Assembly (NCBI RefSeq): GCF_900167395.1
Contig: NZ_FUWK01000014.1
Span: 1-32,000, forward strand
DNA from: Nitrosomonas europaea
GTDB lineage: Bacteria; Pseudomonadota; Gammaproteobacteria; Burkholderiales; Nitrosomonadaceae
Direction of reading: 5' to 3'
Length of the DNA: 32,000 bases
How positions within the stretch are numbered: position 1 is the first letter of the stretch; every line of letters begins with the position of its first letter. Both the position numbers and the translations under genes were made by a program. The notes beneath the pieces were generated by a model that worked only from the letters and a program-made list of their open reading frames with translations, was not told the origin of the DNA and did no database searches. This document shows, in pieces, positions 15,831 to 24,258 of this stretch.

Positions 15831-18329
15831 ATGATTATAAAAATAATTTCGTTATATCACGGCTTTTTGTTTGGATTGGTGCTGGCTGCCGGCCTGTTCA
15901 TCTCGGCCAATGTTGCTGCGCAGTCTGCCGTCACTCAGCAAACGATTGCAATCGATATTGCCGCACAGCCCCTCGAACAGGCGATCACGCAGCTTGCCAC
16001 CCAGGCAGGTTTGCTCATCGGCGTTGATGTCAGTCTGGTTGCAGGTAAACAGGCTCCTGCACTGAATGGGCGCTTTACTCCCCTGCAGGCGATCGGGCAA
16101 CTGCTCAAAGGCAGCGGACTCACCGTAGTCGAGAATGCACCCGGGCGCTACACACTGGAAGCTGCCCCCGCAGGGCACACGAACAGTAATGCAGAGGCAG
16201 TGACTTTGCCGGAAATGAAAATAACCAGCGTGATCGATCCTGATGCGCCGGATAACCCAAGTTACCAGAAAACAAAAGCTTTTTCAGCCACAAAAACCGA
16301 TACATCGATCATGGAAACACCGTTTTCAGTGCAGGTAGTGCCTCGTGCCGTCATGGATGACCAGAAATCGACCAAAGTGAAGGATGCGCTGGAAAACGTC
16401 AGCGGTGTGCGCCCGCAGCCATCGTTAGGTGGCGGTGGCGGCTTCATCATTCGCGGCTTTAGAACCGGGAATATTTACCGCAATGGTCTTTTATCCAGTG
16501 AAGGATTTTTTGGCGATTTCGACGCCAGCAATCTGGACAGCATTGAAGTATTGAAAGGCCCTGCGCAACTGTACGGGCGCACTGAGCCGGGTGGACTGAT
16601 CAGCGTTATCACCAAAAGGGGACTGGAAATCCCCTATTATTCGGTAGAACAGCAGTTTGGCTCTTATGATTATTTCCGGACACAATGGGATGCAGGCGGG
16701 CCCGTTACGGAGGACAAAAAATTGCTGTACCGGTTTTCGGGTGCCTACCAAAGCAACAATTCGTTCCGTGATTTCATTTCCGGGGACAGGAAAGTATTCA
16801 ATCCCAGCCTTACCTGGCGGCCAACGGATGCCACCGATGTGACGATTGACATCGAAGGTACCGAGAAATTTGCTTCTGCTGACTTTGGTATTCCGGTGAT
16901 CGGCAATCGCCCCGCGCCGATTCCGATCAGTCGTAATCTGGGCGATCCCAACACGCCGACAGGTGATCAATCGAGTGTGAAGGTCGGCTCCGAAATCAAC
17001 CATCGTTTCAGCGAAAATTGGGCGATACACCACCGCTTTCTGGCCAGCCTGACTGATGGGTCAACTACCTTTGTGAATCCTGCGCCCGCGTTCAACGCAG
17101 TCGCTGCATTGAACCCGGCTACCGGGTTGTTGCAACGTAATATCTTCACCCAAAACAGTGAACAGGAGCATTATGCAACCAATCTGGATGTTACCGGCAA
17201 ATTTGACCTGGGGTTCAGTCGTCATCAAGTATTGGTAGGATTTGATTTTTACCGCACCTACAATAAATACGGAACAAAAGGGCAATGGATTGTTCCTGAT
17301 CCCAATTTAGCAATCAACATCTACAATCCATATCCCAGCTACGGTATTTCGCAATCAACTTTCGATACAGCTTTCCTGACCAGTTCAGCGCCGGGTACCA
17401 ACTTCAGCGTAATTTACAACAACTGGTATGGTGTTTATTTCCAGGATCAGATCACCTTGTGGGACAAGTTGCATATCATCGGTGGCGGTCGCTATGACTG
17501 GGCGGAAACCGGGCGCGGCAGAAGTGACAACTTCGATACAGCAGATTCTCTGGTCAAGCCAAATATCCGTAAAGATCAGGGTTTCAGTCCCAAGGCCGGC
17601 ATTTTGTACGAGCCCTGGAAAGAACTCAGCATCTACGGTAGCTGGACTACATCATTCGGCGCCAATAACGCACCGGCGGCCGACGGAAGAACTTTCGATC
17701 CGCAAACTGCAGAGCAATTCGAAGCTGGTGTCAAAACCCAACTGTTTGACCGCCGTCTGACAGGAACACTGGCGTATTACCATCTGACCAAAGACAATAT
17801 TCTGGTCAACGACCTGTCAACAGCCGACCCGTTCGACAAGATCGCCAACAAGCAGCGCAGCCAGGGGATCGAACTGGACATATCGGGTTATATAACAGAC
17901 AGCTTTAGCGTGATCGCCAGTTACGCCTTTACTGACACCCGCATCCTCAAAGACTATTCTGGCGCTACAGCGGGCAATCGGCTTGCCAATGTGCCTAAAC
18001 ATGCTGGCAGTGTCTGGCTGCGATACGATGTGAAAAAATTCGCTCCACTCAACGGTTTGAGTTTCGGTTTGGGCGTTTTCGCAGCTGGAAAGCGGGAGGG
18101 GGATGTCCAGAATACCTTCCAGTTACCCGGCTATGCCCGCCTGGATGCGTTTGCTGCCTACCGGATGAAGCTCGGCCCGACCCGTCTGACTGCGCAGATC
18201 AACGCACGGAATATTCTTGACAAACGCTACTACGAATCGACTGATCCTGATAGTAATGTCGCGCCCCGACTGGGTGTCTATCCCGGTGCTCCGCTGACCA
18301 TTCTGGGTTCCTTGCGTCTTGAATATTGA
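15831..18329 (+). CDS. TonB-dependent siderophore receptor/transducer with an N-terminal signalling (STN) extension
   Basis: Start at ATG 15831 (SD GGGAG; signal peptide MIIKIISLYHGFLFGLVLAAGLFISANVAAQ). STN domain: IDIAAQPLEQAITQLATQAGLLIGVDVSLVAGKQAPALNG...LLKGSGL. Plug: ETPFSVQVVPRAVMDDQ...IEVLKGPA. Followed by a long beta-barrel ending GSLRLEY. Confidence 0.92.
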   Translation: MIIKIISLYHGFLFGLVLAAGLFISANVAAQSAVTQQTIAIDIAAQPLEQAITQLATQAGLLIGVDVSLVAGKQAPALNGRFTPLQAIGQLLKGSGLTVVENAPGRYTLEAAPAGHTNSNAEAVTLPEMKITSVIDPDAPDNPSYQKTKAFSATKTDTSIMETPFSVQVVPRAVMDDQKSTKVKDALENVSGVRPQPSLGGGGGFIIRGFRTGNIYRNGLLSSEGFFGDFDASNLDSIEVLKGPAQLYGRTEPGGLISVITKRGLEIPYYSVEQQFGSYDYFRTQWDAGGPVTEDKKLLYRFSGAYQSNNSFRDFISGDRKVFNPSLTWRPTDATDVTIDIEGTEKFASADFGIPVIGNRPAPIPISRNLGDPNTPTGDQSSVKVGSEINHRFSENWAIHHRFLASLTDGSTTFVNPAPAFNAVAALNPATGLLQRNIFTQNSEQEHYATNLDVTGKFDLGFSRHQVLVGFDFYRTYNKYGTKGQWIVPDPNLAINIYNPYPSYGISQSTFDTAFLTSSAPGTNFSVIYNNWYGVYFQDQITLWDKLHIIGGGRYDWAETGRGRSDNFDTADSLVKPNIRKDQGFSPKAGILYEPWKELSIYGSWTTSFGANNAPAADGRTFDPQTAEQFEAGVKTQLFDRRLTGTLAYYHLTKDNILVNDLSTADPFDKIANKQRSQGIELDISGYITDSFSVIASYAFTDTRILKDYSGATAGNRLANVPKHAGSVWLRYDVKKFAPLNGLSFGLGVFAAGKREGDVQNTFQLPGYARLDAFAAYRMKLGPTRLTAQINARNILDKRYYESTDPDSNVAPRLGVYPGAPLTILGSLRLEY

Positions 18330-18421
18330 GCCTGGGTAATTCAACAAATTGGGCAGGATGTCATCCTGTGAAGGTAATGATCCCATCGCGATCATTCATT
18401 TTATTTTGGAGGACGAAAGAA

Positions 18422-19639
18422 ATGACGATTCAAAACACGTTGACAAAAATTTTCCCGGTCGGGTTGCTTGTATGGTTCTGCTGGTCGCTGCCAGTGAGTG
18501 CAGAAACTGGCCAGCCCGGGTTTCCAATACAAGAAATCACCGTTCCGGCCAGTGAAGAGAGTAAGCAGCATCATTTGGCGAAAACGGATGACGGCCGCCT
18601 GATCCTCAGCTGGGTCGAAAGCGACGGGCAAAACAGCACGGTCCGTTTCGCCATTCGCGAGGGGCAGGGCTGGTCGCCTGTACGTACCGTGACCTCAGTC
18701 GACGGCAAGCTGGGTGACCCGCCCGTTGTATTCGGTCTCGACGATGGCAGTCTGGCGGCTGCCTGGATGCCCTATGCCAAAGGCGGAAAAAGCAAATATG
18801 CGGCAGACATTTTCCTGGCTCGTTCGCAGGATGGTGGCTTGACGTGGAGCAAGGCGTTCAAACCTTATGGTGAATCGGCACGTATCTACGATGCGCAAAT
18901 GTCGCTGACGGCGTTGCCAAATGCCCGTATCGCGCTGGTCTGGACCGATATGCGCGAGACAGGTGATCCCGGGAAAAACGATCGCTATCAACTGATGGCC
19001 ACTGTGCTTGCGAAGGGGCAACAATCGGCAGGCACGGAGCTGAGGCTGGATGATGATATTTGCTCCTGTTGCCGTGCATCTACCACTGCTGAAGGAGAGA
19101 GCCTGTTAACGGTTTACCGCGATCATAGCCAGGGCGAAATACGTGATACCGGCGCTGTGCGCTGGGATACAGACGGCAAGGTGCAAGCACTCTCTGCCCC
19201 GGGTGATGGCTGGCGTATCGAAGGTTGCCCAAGCAATGGCCCGGCGGTTGATATGTCCGCTTCGTCGGTAGCCTTAGCCTGGTTTTCCGCTGCTGACGAT
19301 AAAGGCCGTTTCAAAGTTGCTTTTTCCACAGACGGTGGTAAAGGTTTCACTAAACCGTTCGAAGTCGATGACGATGCCAGAGGTTATGTCAACGTAGCGT
19401 TGCTGAGCACCAATGTTGCGCTGGTCAGCTGGCGCAAGAGAGCGGGGCCGGAAGATGAACTTCGTATTGCGAAAGTGACAACGGATGGTATCAGCCGGCA
19501 AACCGCTATTTATCAGGGAGATTTTCCGGGTTGGCCCAGTAAATATCCGGGCATGATAGTCCTCGATCACCAGGCTTTCGTTGCCTGGACTGATCCGATA
19601 AAGAAAAAAGTGCGCCTTGTCGCGGTAACGCTTGATTAG
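18422..19639 (+). CDS. Secreted BNR/Asp-box (sialidase-like) beta-propeller protein with a Cys cluster
   Basis: Start at ATG 18422 (SD GGAGG; signal peptide ...CWSLPVSA/ETG). Asp-boxes SQDGGLTWS and STDGGKGFT. Repeated strand pattern ending in W: LILSW, LAAAW, IALVW, ALAW, ALVSW, FVAW. Cys motifs DDICSCC and EGCPSNGP. Confidence 0.6.
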   Translation: MTIQNTLTKIFPVGLLVWFCWSLPVSAETGQPGFPIQEITVPASEESKQHHLAKTDDGRLILSWVESDGQNSTVRFAIREGQGWSPVRTVTSVDGKLGDPPVVFGLDDGSLAAAWMPYAKGGKSKYAADIFLARSQDGGLTWSKAFKPYGESARIYDAQMSLTALPNARIALVWTDMRETGDPGKNDRYQLMATVLAKGQQSAGTELRLDDDICSCCRASTTAEGESLLTVYRDHSQGEIRDTGAVRWDTDGKVQALSAPGDGWRIEGCPSNGPAVDMSASSVALAWFSAADDKGRFKVAFSTDGGKGFTKPFEVDDDARGYVNVALLSTNVALVSWRKRAGPEDELRIAKVTTDGISRQTAIYQGDFPGWPSKYPGMIVLDHQAFVAWTDPIKKKVRLVAVTLD

Positions 19640-19863
19640 CATGGCAGGCTGGGGTTCGCACGCTCATCCCAATCTATATTTTTTATGATGCGGCCCCTGG
19701 CCGCTGCAGCCTTTTTCAGTGTTTCTTTGCGTATCCGCCTGCCTGCTTCGATCTGGGTATAGCCAGCTTGTGTGATACCCATGTGGCTGACCATTTCTCT
19801 CCGAGTCGCTCCATATCGCAGCGCGGCTCGTGATGACAATGAGCTGTGTGCCATTTCCCTCAT
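19636..19863 (-). CDS. Small XRE-family helix-turn-helix protein
   Basis: 75 aa. MVSHMGITQAGYTQIEAGRRIRKETLKKAA matches the HTH_3/XRE pattern (xLTQxxxAxxxGxSQxxISxIExGxR). It overlaps the BNR gene stop by 4 nt (convergent) and is divergent from the PepSY operon. The start (19863 or 19854) is uncertain. Confidence 0.65.
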   Translation of the reverse strand: MREMAHSSLSSRAALRYGATRREMVSHMGITQAGYTQIEAGRRIRKETLKKAAAARGRIIKNIDWDERANPSLPC

Positions 19864-19913
19864 GATTCAAAAATCAGCTACCCGATTTTTGGGCTCGCGT
19901 GTCATGGTTAATA

Positions 19914-19963
19914 GGAACACATTTTCTGTTCAGTGACGGGAGGTTCCTGTGACTGCAGGAACA
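19914..19963. promoter_or_regulatory. Cluster of four GGAACA/TGTTCC half-sites in the XRE/PepSY divergent region
   Basis: GGAACA (19914-19919), TGTTC (19927-19931), GTTCCTG-N6-CAGGAAC (19943-19962) and GGAACA (19958-19963). This gives two dyads in the 204-bp intergenic region. Confidence 0.3.
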
Positions 19964-20067
19964 GAAGCACTCAGCCTGCAATCAGGCTGTCAGGCCGTGT
20001 TTCTGAAATTTATTACAACCATGTCCGGTTTCAGCTGACTCAAACGTCTTATATAGAGAAGAGATCG

Positions 20068-21390
20068 ATGAAGACTTCAATGATGCTTTTATTCCGTAAT
20101 CCGTTTTCAGGGCTTAGAAAAATGGTACCGACACGTTCTTTTTGGGTTTGGCTGCACCGCTGGGCTGGGCTGATCATGGCCGCTTTTCTGATCATCGTGG
20201 GGGCGACGGGCAGTCTGCTGGCGTTCTACCCCGAACTGGAACGCCTGATCAATCCCCATATTTACCCCAGGCAAGTTCTGGAGAAAAAACTGGATATGGC
20301 GACGCTTGCGGAACTGGCGGAGCAGCGGGTGCCTGCCGGCAGAGTGAATGGGGTGTTGATGGAGGCCAATCAGGAAGCTACTCTGATCTCCATGGATGCC
20401 CGTCCGGATAATGCCGATCCACCGAACAAGCTTGGATTTGATCAGATGATCGTCGATCCGTATACCGGTGAAGAGCTGGCTCGCCGCCAGTTTGGCGAGA
20501 TTTCGGAAGGCATGATCAATTTCATGCCCTTCATTTACAAACTGCATTATGCGCTGGCGCTAGGCAAGTTCGGGGTATGGGTATTGGGGATTTGTGCTCT
20601 GATCTGGACGATCGATTGTTTCGTCGCGTTTTATCTGACCCTGCCGCAGCGACGCAGATCCGTGACCGCACCCGCATCCGGTAATCATGGCAACTGGTGG
20701 CGGCGCTGGCAGCCGGCCTGGAAGATTCGCTGGCACTCGGGCAGCTACAAGCTCAATTTCGATCTGCACCGTGCCAGCGGATTATGGCTATGGCCGGTTC
20801 TGCTCATTTTTGCCTGGTCCAGCGTCTACATGAATTTATGGGATACGGTCTATACCTGGACAACCCGGGCAGTGATGGAATACAAGGCGCCCTGGACAGA
20901 GTTTTCAAAACGGGAAATTCCTCTGGCGGAGCCTGGGGTGGATTGGCGGCAGGCTCAGCGCATTGGCGAACAGTTGATGAGTGAGCAGGCGAACAAGCAT
21001 GGTTTTGCAGTCGAGCAGGTTATTGCCCTGAGACTGGATCGTGGAAACGGTACTTATCAGTACATTGTGCGCAGTTCAAAAGAGATCCAGGATCGGCGCG
21101 GCAGAACGAGCGTATTTTTTGATGCTGATACGGGTGAACTCAAACTGGCATTGCTGGCGAGCGGCCAATACAGCGGCAATACCGTGACGAATTGGCTTTT
21201 TGCGCTGCACATGGCCAATGTATTTGGATTGCCGTACCGTATTTTTGTCTGTGTGCTCGGCCTGGTTATTGTCATGCTGTCAGTAACCGGCATCATCATC
21301 TGGATCAGGAAACGGGCAGCGCGCCTCAGCCCGAAAAATCATCAGTACGATTCGCGCTACCTGAGGCCATCGGTACATCGCGATTCATAG
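20068..21390 (+). CDS. PepSY-associated TM-helix protein (PiuB/FoxB-like putative ferric-siderophore reductase)
   Basis: Start at ATG 20068 (the track ORF starts at GTG 19933). There are four predicted TM helices, each with a conserved His: WLHRWAGLIMA, YKLHYALALGKFG, FDLHRASGLW and LFALHMANVFGLPYR. Confidence 0.85.
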   Translation: MKTSMMLLFRNPFSGLRKMVPTRSFWVWLHRWAGLIMAAFLIIVGATGSLLAFYPELERLINPHIYPRQVLEKKLDMATLAELAEQRVPAGRVNGVLMEANQEATLISMDARPDNADPPNKLGFDQMIVDPYTGEELARRQFGEISEGMINFMPFIYKLHYALALGKFGVWVLGICALIWTIDCFVAFYLTLPQRRRSVTAPASGNHGNWWRRWQPAWKIRWHSGSYKLNFDLHRASGLWLWPVLLIFAWSSVYMNLWDTVYTWTTRAVMEYKAPWTEFSKREIPLAEPGVDWRQAQRIGEQLMSEQANKHGFAVEQVIALRLDRGNGTYQYIVRSSKEIQDRRGRTSVFFDADTGELKLALLASGQYSGNTVTNWLFALHMANVFGLPYRIFVCVLGLVIVMLSVTGIIIWIRKRAARLSPKNHQYDSRYLRPSVHRDS

Positions 21391-21405
21391 TCATCCGGAG
21401 AGAAA

Positions 21406-22821
21406 ATGCCGATCCGTCTCAAACCGGCTGCGGTGCTTGGCTTTGTGATGTTTGTCAGCGGCTGTCATACAGCACCGGAACGGCAGGCAAACAGGCTTGA
21501 TGTTTCTGTACCTTCTGTGTGGAGTGCTTCTGCAAATACTTTTCCTCTTGCCGGGCAAAAATGGGTGGAATCGTTCGACGATCCGGTGCTGTATTCGCTG
21601 GTCGAACAGGCTTTGACCAGCAACTTCGATTTGAAGACAGCAGTGGCACGTGTCGATGCCGCTATTGCACAGGCACGTATCGATGGCGCCGCACTCTGGC
21701 CTCAGCTCTCATTTGCACCGGGATACCAGTATACGCAGGTGCGCAGTGCCGGTTTTGGTTCGGCGCAATACAGTGTATTCGAAGCCTTGTTCAATCTGAG
21801 CTGGGAAGCGGATATCTGGGGGCGCATCCGTTCATTCAGGGAAGCAGCCCGACAGGAAGTGGAAGCAACCAACGCTGATTTTCAGGCAGCACGGCTATCG
21901 CTTGCTGCACGTGTTGCGCAGAATTATTTTGCATTACTGGAAGCGAAGCTTCAGGCTCAGGTGGCAGAACAATCTGTTGCGGATCGCGGCACGATTGCCA
22001 GTCTGGTACAAGGGCGTTTCGAACGGGGTCTGGTGCGTGCGCTGGAGGTGCGCCTGGTGTTGACCGATCTGGCCCAAGCCAGATCACAGCTCGCTGCCGC
22101 CAGAAACCAGGTGCAGCTTGTAACCCGTCAACTGGAAATTCTGCTGGGAGATTATCCTGACGGTTCATTGCCTCAAATCGACGATACGGTTACCGCTTTA
22201 TCCGGTTCAACGATCCGGCAGGCTCTGCCTGTTCCTCCATCACAACTCCCTGCCGGACTGCCTGCTGAACTGCTGACCAGACGCCCTGATCTGATCGCCT
22301 CATTTGCACGGCTGCGCGCAGCTGATGCACGGCTGGAAAGTACCAGCAAGCTGCTATTACCGCGCATTACGCTGACAGCAGCGGGAGGGACACGTGACAG
22401 TGCGTTGACCGACCTGATCGATCCACGATCGGTCGTCTGGAATCTGTTTGCCGGAGCGGTACAACCATTGTTCACCGGTGGGCGTATCCGTGGAAGTATT
22501 CAATTGAACGAGGCCTATGTGGAAGAAGCCTTCAACCGGTATCAGGATGTGGCGCTGAATGCCTTCCGTGAAGTCGAGCAGGCACTGGCAGCAGAAGAAT
22601 GGTTACGTGCACAGGAAAAAGAATTACGTGAAGCCGTGCAGCAGACTGAAGCCGGTCAGGAACTGGCGCTGTATTCCTATCGCCAGGGGTTCATCCAGAT
22701 TCTGACATTGCTGGACAGCTATCGCAGTACGCTGAATGCGCAGAGTGCTCATCTGGCTGTCAGGCGGCAACTGTTGAACAACCGTGTCAATCTCTATCTT
22801 GCTCTTGGGGGCAGTATTTGA
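21406..22821 (+). CDS. RND efflux outer-membrane factor lipoprotein (NodT/OprM family)
   Basis: 471 aa. Lipobox FVSGC. Two OEP repeats with long coiled helices. SD GGAGAG. It starts only 15 nt after the PepSY stop. Confidence 0.9.
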   Translation: MPIRLKPAAVLGFVMFVSGCHTAPERQANRLDVSVPSVWSASANTFPLAGQKWVESFDDPVLYSLVEQALTSNFDLKTAVARVDAAIAQARIDGAALWPQLSFAPGYQYTQVRSAGFGSAQYSVFEALFNLSWEADIWGRIRSFREAARQEVEATNADFQAARLSLAARVAQNYFALLEAKLQAQVAEQSVADRGTIASLVQGRFERGLVRALEVRLVLTDLAQARSQLAAARNQVQLVTRQLEILLGDYPDGSLPQIDDTVTALSGSTIRQALPVPPSQLPAGLPAELLTRRPDLIASFARLRAADARLESTSKLLLPRITLTAAGGTRDSALTDLIDPRSVVWNLFAGAVQPLFTGGRIRGSIQLNEAYVEEAFNRYQDVALNAFREVEQALAAEEWLRAQEKELREAVQQTEAGQELALYSYRQGFIQILTLLDSYRSTLNAQSAHLAVRRQLLNNRVNLYLALGGSI

Positions 22822-23019
22822 GCACCCATGAAAAATGATCTTGAGTACGATAAAAGATACGTTATCTATCATTGAGTTACTGATTTTATTGCCGTGGCAT
22901 GTCCGGTTCTGGCTGGCTAAAACGTCATAGAAGAAAAGGTTCCAAAACTACAACTCCATTCAAACTTCTGTTTGATCATCTGCAGTGTTGTTTCCCGGTA
23001 AAAGAATAAAAACAAAATT

Positions 23020-24258
23020 GTGAGCTTACGTCGTCAAATCCGGATTGCCACCCTGGTTTTCCTTATGGGTGGATTGGCAGCCTGGCTGCTCATTCAATTC
23101 CCGCCTGAAAATGGCAAACAGGAAGAAACACTGACACCGCCCATTGTTCGGGTTGCTCAAGTGGAAATGCAATCGAAGCGTTTACATGTCCATTCACAAG
23201 GACAGGTCGTCGCGCATACCGAAATCGATCTGGTGACAGAGGTTTCCGGCCGGATCATCGATACCTCGCCCGTTTTTGTCAGTGGTGGATATTTCAATAA
23301 AGGGGATGTGCTGGTCACCATCGATCCGGCTGATTATGACCTGCGTGTGGCACAGGCACAGGCACAAGTCAGGGAGGCACGTCATTTACTGATGCGTGAA
23401 GAAGCGGAAGCAGCCCAGGCTCATGATGAATGGAAGCATCTGGGCCAGGGTGATCCCGGTCCACTCAGCCAGCATATTCCGCAGCTGCAGGAAATGCGTG
23501 CGAAACTGGCTGCTGCAGAAGCTGCACTCAAATATGCCAGACAGCTCAGACAACGTACCCGGATTCGTGCCCCGTTTGACGGGCGCGTGCGCAACCACAA
23601 TACCGGTATCGGGCAGTATGTCACGCAGGGTAATGTACTGGGAGTGATCTACAGCAGCGACTATGCAGAAGTCCGGTTGCCGGTTAGTACCCGGGATCTG
23701 GCGTTCATCGATGTACCCGATACATTGGTTGCGGATGAAGAGAATTCAAAGCGAATGCCGCGGGTGGTACTGGCAGCGGAATACCAGGGAGAAAAACGAT
23801 TCTGGCAGGGGCGGATCGTACGCAGCGAAGGCGTGATCGATCGAAATACCGGTATGCTGATGCTGGTTGCGCGGATCCCGGATCCATTTCTGCGGACATC
23901 CTCTTCACCGCAATCCGGTGAGGATCGCTTATCCAGGCTGACCAATACCACAGCGCTGCCAGTTGGTCTGTTCGTCGAAGCCCTGATCCAGGGGCGTCGA
24001 TTCGACCGGCTGGTGATTCTGCCGACCAGTGTCGTGTTCAAGGATGATCAGGTAGCCGTTGTCGATCAGCAGGATCGATTGCATCTGCGTACGGTTAAGC
24101 TGCTGAAACGTGAACATGAGCAGGCCATCATTCAGGCCGGGCTCACTGCCGGGGAGCGAGTACTGCTGTCGGGCTTGCTGCAGCCTGTAGAGGGCATGCA
24201 GGTTACACCTGAATTGCCGAACACGAATGACCAGGCCAGTGGCGACAGTCATCCATGA
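23020..24258 (+). CDS. RND efflux periplasmic adaptor (membrane fusion protein, HlyD_D23 type)
   Basis: 412 aa, GTG start. N-terminal anchor RRQIRIATLVFLMGGLAAWLLI. Lipoyl/hairpin region (GDVLVTIDPADYDLRVAQAQAQVREA...). Its stop overlaps the RND start (ATGA). Confidence 0.88.
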   Translation: MSLRRQIRIATLVFLMGGLAAWLLIQFPPENGKQEETLTPPIVRVAQVEMQSKRLHVHSQGQVVAHTEIDLVTEVSGRIIDTSPVFVSGGYFNKGDVLVTIDPADYDLRVAQAQAQVREARHLLMREEAEAAQAHDEWKHLGQGDPGPLSQHIPQLQEMRAKLAAAEAALKYARQLRQRTRIRAPFDGRVRNHNTGIGQYVTQGNVLGVIYSSDYAEVRLPVSTRDLAFIDVPDTLVADEENSKRMPRVVLAAEYQGEKRFWQGRIVRSEGVIDRNTGMLMLVARIPDPFLRTSSSPQSGEDRLSRLTNTTALPVGLFVEALIQGRRFDRLVILPTSVVFKDDQVAVVDQQDRLHLRTVKLLKREHEQAIIQAGLTAGERVLLSGLLQPVEGMQVTPELPNTNDQASGDSHP

